Of a stretch of 64,000 nt of DNA, positions 1-15,338 are shown piece by piece. This DNA is from Anthoceros angustus. Taxonomy: Eukaryota > Plantae > Anthocerotophyta. A program made the translations under genes and the position numbers. The stretch lies in contig MU008178.1 of NCBI GenBank assembly GCA_010909165.1, positions 1,004,369 through 1,068,368 of the forward strand. The letters run 5' to 3'. Numbering within the stretch: position 1 is the first letter of the stretch; the number at the start of each line of letters is the position of its first letter. Below the pieces are notes generated by a model. That model was not told where the DNA came from and did not search any database. It saw only the letters and a list, made by a program, of their open reading frames with translations.

Positions 1-1688
1 CATTGAGTACTTTGAAGTAGGTTTTGACAATGAGCTCGAGTGACCACTATCGAATTTGTCTGGTATGCTTTTGATGGGCCTTTAAATTACCTGTACCTGT
101 CTGTGCGCAATTCCTGCTCAGGCAATTCCAGGAGTTGCGAAAATGAAAGAGGGAACGAATCCCGCGACCTGGATGCTGGAAGTCAGTTCACTTGCTGCTG
201 AGGGTGCCTTAGGAGTGGACTTTGCCGAGATCTACGAAAGATCATCACTGTACAAGTACGTAACCATGATTCAGCTTGAAGGCCTTCGATCCTTGGTGAT
301 GTTCCTCCCTTCGGCTTAGAAGGCGTGACATGCTTGGAATGCCTAGCTGATACTGAGGTGAGTGGCTGGGCTACAGGCAAACCGAGGAACTGGTTAAGAA
401 ATTGAGCGTGCCCCCACAAGGTGCCCAGGATCTCTACTTTCCAACAAGATACAGTCTGCCCTTCCTTGAGCAACTGCATGCCTGCTTGTGGAAGCAGATG
501 TGGTCGTACTGGCGCAGCCCTGGCTATAATCTCGCGCGATTTGCTTTCACATTTTTCGCATCAGTACTGTTGGGCACAATCTTCTTGCAAGTGGGCAAGA
601 CTATGTGAGCTATCTGACTGTCTTCCACTTCAAGCAGGAAACTTGCTGGATCAACTAGTACTGTCGGATCATGCTGTTGGATGAAGACAACTATTCGTCT
701 GTATATGTGTGTGAAAAGTATGGCTGCCGACACTGACCATGTCGTCCCATGCTTCAGAGAGACACAGCAGGACCTTCTCAACGTCATGGGTGCCATCTTC
801 GGAGGCACGACGTTCATGGGGATCAACAACGCTCTGAGCGTGCAACCACAGGTCTCAGTGGAGCGGTCCGTGTTCTACCGCGAACGTGGAGCTGGACTCT
901 TCTCTCCCATGGCATATGCGCTTTCCCAGGTAATACATTCTCCGCTAATGCTTTGTAAGCATCCCCGTCGACATCGCTGAGTTTGTCCCAAATTGGGCTT
1001 AGCCGAAACGTCACAGCTCCAGCTCCCACTACGTTCTGTGATGTTTCCAGGTGCTCATCGAGATTCCATTCATCATGTACCAGTCCGTGTCTCATACTGT
1101 GATCGCCTACTCTTTGATTGGGTACTTCTGGGAGCCAGCTAAGTTCTTATGGTACCTGTACATCTCATTCTGCACCTTCATGTCATTCACATTTTACGGC
1201 ATGATGATGGTCGCCATCACTCCAAACCTTCAACTGGCCGCCATTGTGTCATCGTCCTTCTACTTCATCTTCAATCTCTTCTCAGGCTTCATCATTCCCA
1301 GACCGGTAAGTTGCTGACCCTGCCCGTATCGTTCCGCGAACACACTTGGCACAGTTCACTCTGATAGCACTCTGACGATAAGTGCAGATCATGTCTAACA
1401 AACTCCGTGGCCACGCAGAAAATCCCACCATGGTGGATCTGGCTGTACTGGATCTGTCCGACGGGATGGACAGTTACGGGGCTCTTCACTTCGCAGTATT
1501 CAGACGTGGGGAAGAACGTGACCTTGCCTACTGGAGGGCAAATTCCAGTGAATAAGTTTCTGAAGGACAGGTTCGGATTCGAGAGATCGTTCCTACCCGT
1601 CGTGGGCATCGTGGTGTTCGCCTTCCCCGTGTTATTTGCTTCTCTGTTTCTGTTTGCCACCAAGAAGATTAACTTCCAACGGCGATAA
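1..1688 (+). CDS. Full-size ABCG (PDR-type) transporter, 3' part (multi-exon; approx. exons <1-16, 122-256, 378-604, 759-929, 1051-1305, 1419-1688)
   Basis: Spliced peptides [61 protein letters not shown] and the C-terminal ..KKINFQRR* typical of plant PDR proteins; GT-AG introns. Confidence 0.95.
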
Positions 1689-2206
1689 GCTGCCTACCGC
1701 AAGTGATATGCGAGTGCATCCTAGTATGTAATATGTGAAGATATTGTATTCCTGAACTTGCTGTGTGTCCTTTCCAAGCTCGTCGATCTCATACAAAAAA
1801 GGGTGGCTTCCACTCTCCGGGGTATCCTTCTTCTAGAGTCCCACCAGTTCGTACTAAAAGCAAGCCGATCTGACCTGTAGAATAAGAAGGAATGTATCAT
1901 AGTCCACTTGGACGGAGTGTCATGGGACTTGGTACTTCTAACAGCTTGCACGATGTGCTTAAGCCACTTTCACCAAGAGCGTCCACTTCTTGAGGCACCC
2001 CATCAGCGGCTTTTCTTATGAATAGAGGTAGGTTATAGAGGCTAGAAACATAAGATATTCTATAGCTGCCTTAGGACTCGGTCTTGTGGTTAGTTCGAGT
2101 CCCTACAAGATATATCTCCGGGGATCGAAACCCCTCTTGGCAGTTTCTGGACGCCGTTGATGAACGTTATGTAACGCTGCAGAGCACGAGTTTCTAGGTG
2201 TCCTAG

Positions 2207-4100
2207 CTAGGGCAGGCAGAAGGCGAAGAGCTTGTCACCCGGGGTGAGCCCGTAAGGCTGGAACCTGGCGTAGCCTTCGCCGACGAAGGCGCAGCTGTCG
2301 GCGACCGAGAAGCCGCCATAGATGCTGGCGTCGGGCTCATCCGAGCGCCACAGCAGCGCGCCGGACGCGGCGTCGAGCGCGAAGACGGAGCCGGACGGCT
2401 CGGCCGACGTGGTGAAGAGCACGCCGTTGGCGTAGGTAGGAGGGCCGTCGGTCCAGTTGCGTGCGTAGTCGCCCACAGACCAGAGCAGGGAGCCGTTGAG
2501 GGCGTCCAGGGCGACCCAGCCGCCGTAGTTGATCACCTCACCGGACGACAGCGTCCAGTCGAGCAGCGCGGTGTTCACCATGTTGCTGAACACGGCGCGG
2601 CGGCCGTCGGTGGCGCATCCCCATATGGCGCCTCCCGTGACGCCTCCAGGCGCCGCGGCCGTGCCCCAAACCACGGCGCCGGTGTCTCGGTCCAGCGCCC
2701 ACACCGTCCCGCTCTTCTGCCCCGCCACGGCCAGGTCTCTCCCGGCAGGCGAGATGAGCAGGGGAGCCTCCCCGAAGTCGTAGTCGGTCCCGGGGCCGGG
2801 CGGGCAGTTGGGATTGCCGGGGACCAGGCACGCGTACGTCCAGGCGCTGTATCCGCCCAGCACCGTGTGCCATGCGAAGGTGCCGTCGTCCAGGTGCAGG
2901 GCCACGATCGCGTTGGCTCTGTTTTCCGGCTCGATGCACGGGTCGGGGACCTCGGGCTGCGGGAGCTCCTGCTGTGCGGCCTCGCAGGCCGTGACGTTGG
3001 CCGGTGCAGAGTACAGATTGCCGGTGCCCACCAGCAGCAGGCGGCGGTGGACGTCGATCGGGGGGCTGCTCCCCCACACCGCCGCGCCCGAGTACTGCCC
3101 TTGCTGACCGCCGTTGTCCGGGAGCATCAGGGTCTTCCAGATCACTGCTCCTGTGGCGATGTTGATCTTGAGGACGCTGCCTATGAAGGTGCAGCAGAGC
3201 GGCGGCACCGCCGCCACTTCTTGGCCGGACGATGTTCCCACGTAGTAGTACCTGCAGCAGACAAGGTTGCAGCGCTCAGGCAAGCTTCATTGTCCATTCA
3301 TGTTTGCGGGAATATTATGTATCCGTACTTCTCGTAGCATGTCCCGGACATGGTGATCAGCGCCAGGGGTGCGCTCTCCACCTCCACCTGCCACAGGAGG
3401 GTGCCTTTCTTTCTGTTGAAGGCGGCAACAATCGCGGGGCCGTAGATGCCTACAAGCAGGTACTTGCCGCAGATGGTGGGTGTGGCTCTGGCCAACCCCC
3501 CTGCAAGAAGCAATTCATTAACAATACAGAACAGGTGAAGCGACTGCATAATTTGAAGTCTGGAGAATGCAGTGACTGTCGATCTGAGGACCCAATGGGT
3601 CAGTGACGTCTCATTGATGAGTGCCTACCCAAGGTTTCTGTGAGATTGACGGACCACTTAAGGGCCCCCGAGAATTCCTCAACTGCGTACAGATTGCCAT
3701 CCCAGCTTGGGAAGTAGACGACTCCTTCGGCAACGGAAGGCGTGGCTGTGACGTCCCCTTGAGTTTGGAACACCCACTGGAGCCTAAGGTTTCCCACTGT
3801 GGACGGGGATATCCTCCTCTCCTCCACCTGGTTCCGCCAGTTCAGGATGTTGGCTCCATGGTTCTCCCACTGCGCACAGGCAGACCTAGTCATTTAATTG
3901 TGGCCAGCTGCAGCTGCAGCTGCAGTAATTAAGTTGCCTGGATTGCACCAGGTGAACCCTATGAGAAAACTTGTCAGTACCCTAGCAGTAGCTTTCCTGG
4001 CGGTGACGTTAGCGGATCCTGATTTCTTCGCATGCGCAGCACTCGCCACCATTTGCCAGCATACTAGCGTCAAGCCGATTGCAAGCAACGAACGCGCCAT
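2207..4100 (-). CDS. Secreted PQQ-dependent dehydrogenase-like beta-propeller protein (polyvinyl-alcohol dehydrogenase-like), 4 exons
   Basis: Signal-peptide-like MARSLLAIGLTLVCWQMVASA; W-docking repeats (NLYAV..GALKW, VWALDRDTGAVVW, VFALDAASGALLW), GAAVWGSSP, vicinal CC (PPLCCTFIGSV), DYDFG. Confidence 0.85.
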
Positions 4101-5560
4101 CTTGGTGGTGATGCTCACTGCTAGCTGCCAATGCAGCAAATGATGCTAGCTAGCCAGATGGTCGGTCAGTTTGGAACCTGATGGGCTGTGCTTAAGCCAA
4201 ACATATAAACAGATGCTTGTGGCCGTGGGCCGGGAGGTGCGCTGCTACCACCGTGCTTCAGACCTGTGGCGTGACACTGTGATCATGGTTTTTGCAACAT
4301 GAACTGTATGTGCCGACTACCATGCTTTTAGTCACCACTGCCAGACTACGATATCACACCTTAAGCTTGCAATCATGCTAGCAAACTTAATACTACAGCA
4401 AACTTAATACTTTCCTCACTCACGAAGCACAAGCACGGCATGGTGAGTGTAATTGCAGTCACTGTCATGACTACTTCCTATCAGCCGACACCAAACATCA
4501 CTAGTATTCTCTTTTGTTTGATATAGGTATGAACAAAATAGAAAACCAGTGATGGCAGAAATGCAACAAACTGTGATACCACCTGCATGTACCTTCTCCC
4601 GTTAAAACTGAGCTTCTGTCTGGTTTGCAGCTTTCACGAGACACTTGCATAACAAATGAGGTGGGTAGGTGCACCAATCAATCTTTCCCAGCATGTTAAC
4701 TTGTTAACAAGCTTCAGCAGCAGCATAATTAAAGTATGCAGCACTGTGTGAGCCCCCATCGATCCCTGTACGTAGTGAAGGAGAGTTGTCTGACAGCATG
4801 GTGAAGGAGTTGCTGAAACCTTCCTTGCTCCCACATTGGAATCATATTTCCTGTATGTTGATGTTGGTCCTGACATCCCCAGTGATGGCTGTTGAGTCGG
4901 ACGAGTTGGACTTCATCTCAAGCGTGTGCAACACAAAAACAATTCGGCCAAACACCTACTTCGAATCAAACTTGCGAGTAACTCCCTTCAACAAATGTGA
5001 CACCGCATCTTCGGAGGCACTTCTGCCTACGGTGAGGCCGTCTGCCATGCTGGCTTACAAGTACAGCAGTGCTTTGTTTGCTTGGGCTATTTAATTTGAA
5101 AGACCATATTGGGACTTCTGCGATCGAACAGTGGGCGCCAAGGTGCAGTTGGCCAGCTGCTCCATCCACTATGAAGCCTTCAAGTTTTGATGATACTCAC
5201 CCCGGGCCCAGCCGTACCATGTGCATCAGGCACAGGTTTGACAGCTATGTGCCTGTAAGATGTGTCTTTGTAGACTTTTGTATGTTGACAAGTTTGTTTA
5301 AGGCTATGAGCCAACGCGTTTTAGGCAGGGGGGCTCCCCTTTACTCCCGCACCCTTGGTGCCACAGTGCTCCGTGACATGCTATACTACCGTGGACAAGG
5401 ATCCCAAAGATGGAGGTCTCGAAACGCACACCAGCATTTCAAGAAGGAGTTTGCTTACTGACCCCCTCCAGCTTGACTCAATGGGGTGAAGAATGTGTAC
5501 ACGACCTATCAATGATTTTTGTCATCCAGATTCGGAAAACAAGGGAGGTTTTGCAAATTC

Positions 5561-7639
<2,079 letters not shown>

Positions 7640-8024
7640 GATTCACCTCCTGCTGCCCTGCACTTCCCTTCCCAGGCACCCAGGCTTCCAATCTCCTGCG
7701 AAAGAGAGATCCCGCGGTCGAACCGGATCCGCCTTTCTATCTACCCCCTGGGCCTCCAGGCCTCCCAAGAGATGGACCACAGAGAGATTGGGATCAGGAG
7801 GCAGAAAGAGAGTGGATCACATTTTGGGTTTTTGCAAGAGATTGAGAAATTGCGTTGAGACGACGAGGATTTTTGTGCTCAGTCGGTAAGGCAGCTTGTG
7901 GGACCGTTGGAGATGGGCAAAAGCAGTGGCCGGTGTTGTCGCCTGGCCTGCCTGACACTGGAGCGCCACAAACCGAAGTTACTGGCCTCCTTGTCGAGAT
8001 AGCGTTCCAGGTATAAGTCCGCAC

Positions 8025-8030
8025 CACGTG
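8025..8030. promoter_or_regulatory. G-box (CACGTG) upstream of GAPB
   Basis: CACGTG about 390 bp upstream of the GAPB ATG; single hexamer, could be chance. Confidence 0.3.
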
Positions 8031-8399
8031 TTTGGCCTACAAATGCTACATGGATCTTTCTCATCCTTTTCCGTTTTTCCTCTCTCCGTATCACTCGTCT
8101 TTGGATCGTTTCCTTCGTTCCCGCACCACTACCTGATGTGCTTTGTCACATTTGAAGCCCCACCAAACTGAAGCAACGAACTCGTTATTCTCAAAACGCA
8201 CAAGCGCCGAACGTCAATCAACCCACGGCCAAATTAAAGAGATATTAGTAAAAGGAAAACCAGATTTAAATACCTAGTTAGGAAAGGACATGGTTTTATT
8301 TAAGTGAATTCGGAGACTTCAAAGATATGTCAAAGTAGACATCAAAGTCCCACACTGGGAATTTGATCTGGAGTAACCGCGAAAGACGTAATTAAACTG

Positions 8400-11300
8400 G
8401 GCGCTTCGTTCTTCAAAAAAATAGGGCCTTAATAATGCCATATCTTCTAGCAAGCGCATGCAAAGTGGTGTGTTTAATGTTTGTGCCCGTGGACCCTCTT
8501 CGCAAGACTCTCAATTTGCAGTCAACTTCCCAAGTGGTGTCGTCCAATAGTTTAAACATGGTATTGTACAAGTCGGGTGAGACTCGGCTTTCCTCTCCGG
8601 CTGAAGTAGACGCCTCCCCAACACCTCATGGAGGCTGTAAGCACTTCCCATACCTCCACACCCTTGGTGATTGACCCACCACCTTGCCCTTGCCCATGCT
8701 GTCCGCTGCAATTGCCGCTCCGTCGACCGCACCGCCACATCTCTAGACTCCCCAACGTGTCACCTATATGCTGCCGGTTATCGAGCAGGATATCTTCACT
8801 TCTCGTGTGGCTTCCACCACTTGCTGTCCTCCTGTCGTCCATGGCTTTCTCTATTGCCAAGCCTTTGCCCCTCCTTCGGCTCTACCGGCCCTTGAATCCC
8901 TCTACCCACTACTAGGAAAAGGATACATTTACCACAAACATTACTATGGTTTTTACAACGGACATTACTACTTTTGTAGTAAAACACCAATAATAAACAC
9001 AAATCGTTAGCGTTAGCATTAGCGTTAGCCACGCCCATCCACCCATCGTCTAAGACATTATTTTTAAGGACGGCATCAATGACCTTGTCATCGTATGCAT
9101 TGGTTGGATAACTTGCCTCAACCAACAGGTTCCACACATTAACAGCCTTGTCAATCTCCCCCTATGAATTAACCTGCAGACCCAAAGCAGGACTTGTTAT
9201 TTTGGAATTTATCCAAAATGCTCGCAGCTCCACCAGCCAGTTTCCGTGATTGGTGCCAACAGCTTTGATCTCATCCACATTTAGCTCCCTCTCAAACATT
9301 CCTCTAAACGTGTCCAAAACCCACGCCGCCGCCCCCATGCCCAAAGCAGGAGTAGGTATTGCTCCCCTTATCCTTCACCCTCTTCATGGCAGCAACTTTT
9401 TGCTGGCTAGGGGCTACAATGCCATCCATCTTCTTCTTCTTCTCCCTCAAAAACACCTTCCAATACTCTGGCTTTACACTTTTTAGAACATAGCTTGGAT
9501 TTCCAAAAAAATTCCGGGCCTCCTTTCCCACATTGTTCCGCCAATGAGTTGATGAGTGCGCCTGATAGCCAGAGGTGCACATCTATGTGGACTTCATTCG
9601 TCCAGCATGTGAAGCATGTGCCCAAAGTGCAATTTGATGCTGATCATGTGAGCTCAATCCCCGTTCAGGCTAATCGGACACCCTTGCCTCAAGCCCTTGC
9701 AGATGAAGAGCCTGCCGGCGATTGTTTGAAGCATGGTGAACATGAGCATGAATCTATTGAAGCAAATGGTGGGAGAAGCAGCAGCCAGATGCACTTAGTA
9801 TGTCTAGGCCACCCGCCAAGGCAAGGAGTGGACTTTTGGCCAGGGTGGATAAGTTAGGCTATAATGAGGGAGTCTTTGGCAAGAGTGCTAATCCCACTCA
9901 AAGGCATGAAAAATCGAGGCCTGAATGACTTGGAAAATCGAGGCCTGAAAAGCCTGAAAAATTGAGGCTTGAATGGCCGGGAAAATCTAGGCCTAGAAAG
10001 TCGCCACGTTTCATGCCTGAAAAATCCAAGCTTGAATGGCTTGAAAATTTCAAGCCTAAACAATCCAAGCTTGAATGGCTTGAAAAATCCAAGCCTTAAC
10101 AATCCAAGCTTGAATGGCCTGAAAAATCCACGCCACAATGTGAACCAGGCTTGAACACAAGTGGGGTACACAACAGCAAAATTAAAAGCTTACTGGCCGG
10201 ATGGAGGTGTTCTAGAAGCACCTCTTGTTCTAGATCGGGCTTCCTTTTCCGCTTGGTACCCCTTGGGCCCTTCTTGTCGGTAATACGACATTCTTCTGGA
10301 ATACACAGTTCACTGCATTATGAGGAAGATAATAATCTTCCAGCACACCATCTAGAAGGGCACTGTCTGCAGCGTGGTTGGAAATAGGCGCCACTAAAGA
10401 CAATTTAGGGCCTGCGCTTTTCTTTGACTATGGTGCTGCTAATGTGAAGGATTCATCTATCGGGACTCCCCCAGCTTTTTGCCAATGAAGGATAGGGTGC
10501 ATTTTACCATCCGCTGGCTCTGCAATCCTCTCATTTGTGTTTTCTCGAGTTAAACTGAAAAACTCTTATCGTTAGAGCTCTGCACTGTAGCCGCCTAATC
10601 TTCTCCTGCCACCACCAGAACATCATGGTTAGTCGCCAGAGTCACCTCGCCAAATCCCGACCGTTCTGCAGCACTAGTTGTATACAGTCCATGTGAAACC
10701 TTGTTGCTCACATCCGCCGCGCAAGACCCTAGGCGAGGAGTTGTGACACGTCATCCGTAGTGCCCCATATTTGGGGCCACAACGTTGACCTTAACCTTCA
10801 CACGCTGGCGCCCTTCCTAGTCGATCTCGCTATCGGAGGACACATGCGTTTTCTCGACAAACTCCTCATCGGAACACATTTCCTTACCCACAGAGATTCG
10901 GCACCCTTCCACACCTTATGATTCCGAGGATGTAGCGGCTGCTATTGCAGGAACTGTGCTGCTTGTGCATAGTTCCTGCAATAGCAGCCTCCTCGTTTAA
11001 GTCCTCGGCCCCATCCGGGTTTGCACACTCGGTCGCTGCTGATGCCCTAACACTGGCGGCATGGGTCGCGGGGCCTTCGCCACGTTTGGGCAACGATTTG
11101 CCACGCCTGGACCTCCCAGCGCCATCCTGACCATAGCATCCAAGCAAGCTCTTTCCTCTGCCCCGCCCGCTGGGTGCATCTGCCTCGATCGCCCGTCCTT
11201 GTGCTAAGTTGTCGCACCCGGAAGCTGTCTCAGGTCATGCACACACGGCCCCCTCGTCGTCAGTAGCATCATCCGCCTTCGGGGCCTAGGTCCGGGACTT

Positions 11301-11930
11301 CCTCACGTGAGTCCACTTACCTCTAAGGGCTTGGGCGCCCGGCCCAAAAATCGACTTGGCACCCCCAAATTCTTATTCTTCATAGACAACATTGGGTGTG
11401 ATGCATTTCTTCCTAGCAAGACAGCATTGACCATTGCATCTACCGCGCACAAAGCTGCCATTGCTAAGTGCCTGGTCTCCAAGTCCTTCTCGGCATGGAG
11501 CTCCATCTTCTATTACTCCCATCGCTGGCTATGAGAAACAAGAGCCTGAAGAGGACGACACGCAAATAGACGCAAACTGTGTGTTGGCCGGCCAATGCCG
11601 GCCAAATGGACTTACCCTTGTCTCTCACCACGCTTGCTGAGGTGTACTTCCTGCAGCTTGGACTTCTATTGCCAAACAATCAAGAGTGACATAGGATGAC
11701 CGGTGGATTGCTAACAGGGCTGTGAATAGTGAGATGACAACAATGTTTACTAGGAAGACGGGTTTGTCCAAAGACAAAGTGTCTTCCTAGGCCGCGGTGT
11801 GAAACCCCAGCGGGATATGACGAGCCCATAGTCCAGTCTTCCCGCTCAAAGCAATGGTAGGAATTTCTTCCAATCTCTAATTGCCACGCCACCTGGTGGC
11901 GGATATCTGCCGTGCGATTTTCTTCCATCC
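8400..11930 (-). mobile_element. Decayed coding-like region, probably transposon-derived (possibly CACTA TnpA/Ptta-En/Spm-like)
   Basis: Chain of short frameshifted minus-strand ORFs, e.g. KPEYWKVFLREKK..SQQKVAAMKR..CFGHGG; no intact host gene; internal tandem repeat. Confidence 0.3.
9905..10130. repeat. Degenerate tandem repeat built on AATCCAAGCTTGAATGGCTTGAA-like units
   Basis: Visible repeated units; minus frame reads (H)SSLDFSGLDF-like repeats. Confidence 0.8.
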
Positions 11931-12289
11931 TGTTTTCCCTCTAGTGGGGATGGGACTCAAACTCCAAAAATATCTTGGTAAATTAGCACATTAGGGTGAA
12001 AGCATGATTTGGTGGTACACTTGGTTACTATTGAGAGATGAGAGAGAGTCAAAGTTTCATTAAATTAATATTTTACGTTTTATATTTACCTATATTTTTA
12101 TTTCATTATAATGAAATAAAAATAGTCAACTATAAATAGTTGACTTTTTTTTATCTTTCTTTTAACTTATCTATTTTTTACTTGTTTTGAGGTCAGAGAC
12201 CCTTACCTCCGGCCTCACGCCCTCTGCTTCCTCCTCCCGCCTCCACTCGCTTACATGTGCGTCACGGAACTTGACTTTGGTCTTGGTCA

Positions 12290-13200
12290 CGCCCTCTCAC
12301 TCTGCTGGAGGCCCTCTGCCTGCTGCTGAGGCCCTCTCTGCAGTCTTGGAGGCCCTCTGCTGCTGGTGCTGGAGGCCCTCTGCTGCTGCTAGTCACGCCC
12401 TCTGCTTTCTGCTGGTCTGCCTCTGCACTCTGCTGGTCACGCCTCTGCTACTGCTGCTGGTCCTGCCCTCTTCTGCTGCTGCTGCTGGAGGCCCTCTGCT
12501 CCTACTGCGAGTCCTACCCTCTGCTACCGCTGGTGCTCATGCCCTTTCTTCTTTGTTCTTTGTTCCTACCCTTTGTTCTTCTTGCTTGTCACCCTATCTT
12601 TGCTGCTTCTGGAGGCCTTCTCTGACTCTGCGAGTCCTACCCTCTGCTACTGGTGCTCACCTATGTTCTTTGCTACAAATTTTATTCCTTGGGAGAAGGA
12701 CGTCATTGGAGCCTGAAGGCCGAGAGCTTGGGAAGCTTGGGAGCTTGGGAGCTTGGGAGCTTGCTGGTGTTGGTGCTCCTGCCCTCTGCTGGTGCTGCTC
12801 CTCCTGCTCCTGCCCTCTGCTGGTGCTGCTCATCTTGCCCTTTGTTGGTGTTGCTGCTCCTGCACTGTGCTAGTGTTGGTGTTGCTGCTCATGCACTGTG
12901 CTAGTGTTGGTCTTGCTCTCGCCTTTGTGCTAGTGTTGGTGTTCTTTGCTCACCTTTGTGCTAGTGTTAGTGTTCTTTGCTCTTACCTTGTGCTAGTGTT
13001 GGTGTTCTTGCTCATGCCGTGCTAGTGTTGGTCTTCTTGCTCTCGCCTTTGTGCTAGTGTTGGTGTTCTTTGCTCATGCACCTTTGCTAGTGTTGGTGTT
13101 GCTGCTCTTGCACTCTGCTAGTGCTGGTGCTGCTGCTCCTGCACTCTGCTAGTGTTGGTGCTATCAGCTGCTCCTGCCCTCAACTGTTGTTGTGCTCTTG
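12290..13200. repeat. Low-complexity degenerate repeat tract (GCCCTCTGCTG and GCTAGTGTTGGTG units)
   Basis: Many imperfect copies of these units. Confidence 0.8.
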
Positions 13201-13674
13201 CCCTCTACGGGGTGCTCACAAGAGCTAAAGCATGCTAGTTTTTGCTTAGTTTGTGAAGCATGCTGGTTTGTGCTTTTCTTAATCTGTTGCTAAAGCTTTT
13301 CATTGCAGCTATTGTGGCTTGAATCAGCAGCAGGTTCATCTACCACTGCTGCTGCTACCGCGGGCCATTTAGGTCAACATCAAGGACAAGGTGCTGGGAT
13401 GTCTGCATCTATTTATAGTGACATGGTGGCGTCTGATGAGGAGATTGTAGGAATGAAATGGAATCGGAAGCGTGCTTTGAAGAATGCTGTGACTCGATAA
13501 GCCAGTGTGACGAAAGCCTTGGAGGACGTACCCAAGTGGAAACACTCGACTTGGTGTTGGAACACTGGAGACTTTGTCCTGTGAGAGGAAGGGGTGGGGT
13601 TGAAGGAGGCAGTGGGAGGCCGATCGTCTTTGACCTCTTTGAAGGTACGGGCCAGGCTTACGGTGGAAAGGATG

Positions 13675-14315
13675 CATCATCATGACACTAATCTCTGCAC
13701 TTGGGTTTAGCGTATGATTAGCATTAATTAATCTAATTACTTATCTTTACGTAAGTAATTAGTATTAATTAATCTAAAGCACTTATGTTAATTAAGCATT
13801 AATTAGTGTTAATCAAACATGGTTAGCAATAGCTAAGTGGATAAGCTCAAGTAATATGCTTTGGCATATTTCTTGCATATTATAGTGTATCCTTAGGATA
13901 CAATAGCTAAGTGGATAAGCTCAGGTAATATGCTTTAGCATATTTCTTGCATATTATAGTGTATTCTTAGGATATTTCCGGCATATGCTGATGCCAATAC
14001 GATATCTTAGGAATATGCTTATGCCAAGGGCTAGTATATATAGACCCTTTCACAGAGGACAAGCTCAGATCATAGTTTGTCCTCTAGATATGCAATGCAA
14101 AGGTGTTGTGAGGAGGCCAAAGCTATGACTCCGAGAGCAATGTGTGAGGAATTTGTATGTTTTTCTCATGGAGAGAGTGTGTTTGTGCCACGATATGCGA
14201 GCTACTCCCTCCTGTTGTTATTGGTTTGCACCTATATCTGCGTATTAGATTTGTTTTGCTTGGTTGTCTGTTGAGAAAGTGCTCATAAAAATGCAAATGC
14301 TAACCTCGTTCAACA
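13675..14315 (+). mobile_element. LTR family copy 1 (degenerate solo-LTR-like) with an internal 74-bp tandem duplication (13827-13900 / 13901-13974)
   Basis: Colinear with 47643-48201 (e.g. CAATAGCTAAGTGGATAAGCTC, TATATATAGACCCTTTCA, GAGGAGGCCAAAGCTATGACTCC); ends ..CAACA. Confidence 0.85.
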
Positions 14316-14869
14316 GATCTCAAAAGTTTTCAGAGAAGGAGTGGCGGTACATCGATGACCTGATGTTCCATATTTACGGTGACCAAGCTAGTGGTGGTGG
14401 CCAAAAAATCCCGAGGTTGATGGCCTTGGGCATCCTTGTGGAGAAAAAAATGCATAAGGCTGTAACCTGCTTAGCCTTCAAACAGGAAACAAATGGGAGG
14501 AAAGCCTTGAAGGAGGAGAAGAAGAAGGGTCACGCAGGGGAGAAGGAGAAGAAAGTGGATGTCCAGTTGGAGGAGACCCCTGATTCACAAGGCCTTATAA
14601 TAAGGTCACACAATAAGGGGAAAGGTAAGAGGGCTTTGATTGAGCTTGTGTCTTCAGACTCTGAGGACATCGATGAGGAGGTGAGACAGGGCGACGCTGG
14701 TACGGAGCAAGAGCAGGAGGACATGCTTGCCAAGGAGCGTGAGGAAGAGCTTATTCCTGAAAAGGAGGTGGAGAACACTATGGAGGATAGAGAAGAGGAG
14801 GCAGGGGCAAAGTCAGGTGGGTCTTTTTCTCGTTTCAGTTGGTTGATTGTTGTGAAATGTTTTTTGTGA
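14316..14869 (+). pseudogene. Transposon-associated ORF remnant with acidic/charged tail, interrupted upstream by the LTR insertion
   Basis: ORF 14264-14869 begins inside the LTR; the frame appears to continue upstream of the LTR (..RWKG|SQKFSEKEWRY..) with stops. Confidence 0.4.
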
Positions 14870-15338
14870 TATGTTTGAGCTTGATCCTTGACATGAATAG
14901 CCTTGTGTGCTAGAGCCTTGACACCCACATCCTTATGTGTTAGACCTGAACAAGTGAATGCATGGCCTTGAGCAGTCCTAGCAATGAGTGCTGTGTGTGA
15001 CTGCGGTCTGTGTTAGATGATTGGTCCAGATGTTTGTCTATATGCTCTAAAATTACTTGAGCTTCTTGGTCTGGCTGTGAACTTGGTGGTGTAGCTTCTT
15101 GAGCTTATGGTAGCTTCTTAAACTTGGTAGTACAGTTTCATGAGCTTATAAGCTGATGCCTCCAAAGAGTTCCACCAGCACTATGTCGTCTTCACGAGGT
15201 CGGCATGTGATTACTTGGGTTTAAGTCACAAACAGGCTCAACCTTAGGCAAGAACTTACAGGAGTTCTCCGGGCTCATAGGACACTAGTCCTCTTGCACC
15301 GTCCTGCACCGCTTTTGCACGGCTCATTGCTGCAGTCA

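Noticed and set aside
4634-5461. Short ORFs between the PQQ gene and GAPB
   Set aside because: No motif or consistent splice model found
12187-13025. Hydrophobic 'membrane protein' ORFs
   Set aside because: Product of a low-complexity CTG/GTT repeat tract in a TE island
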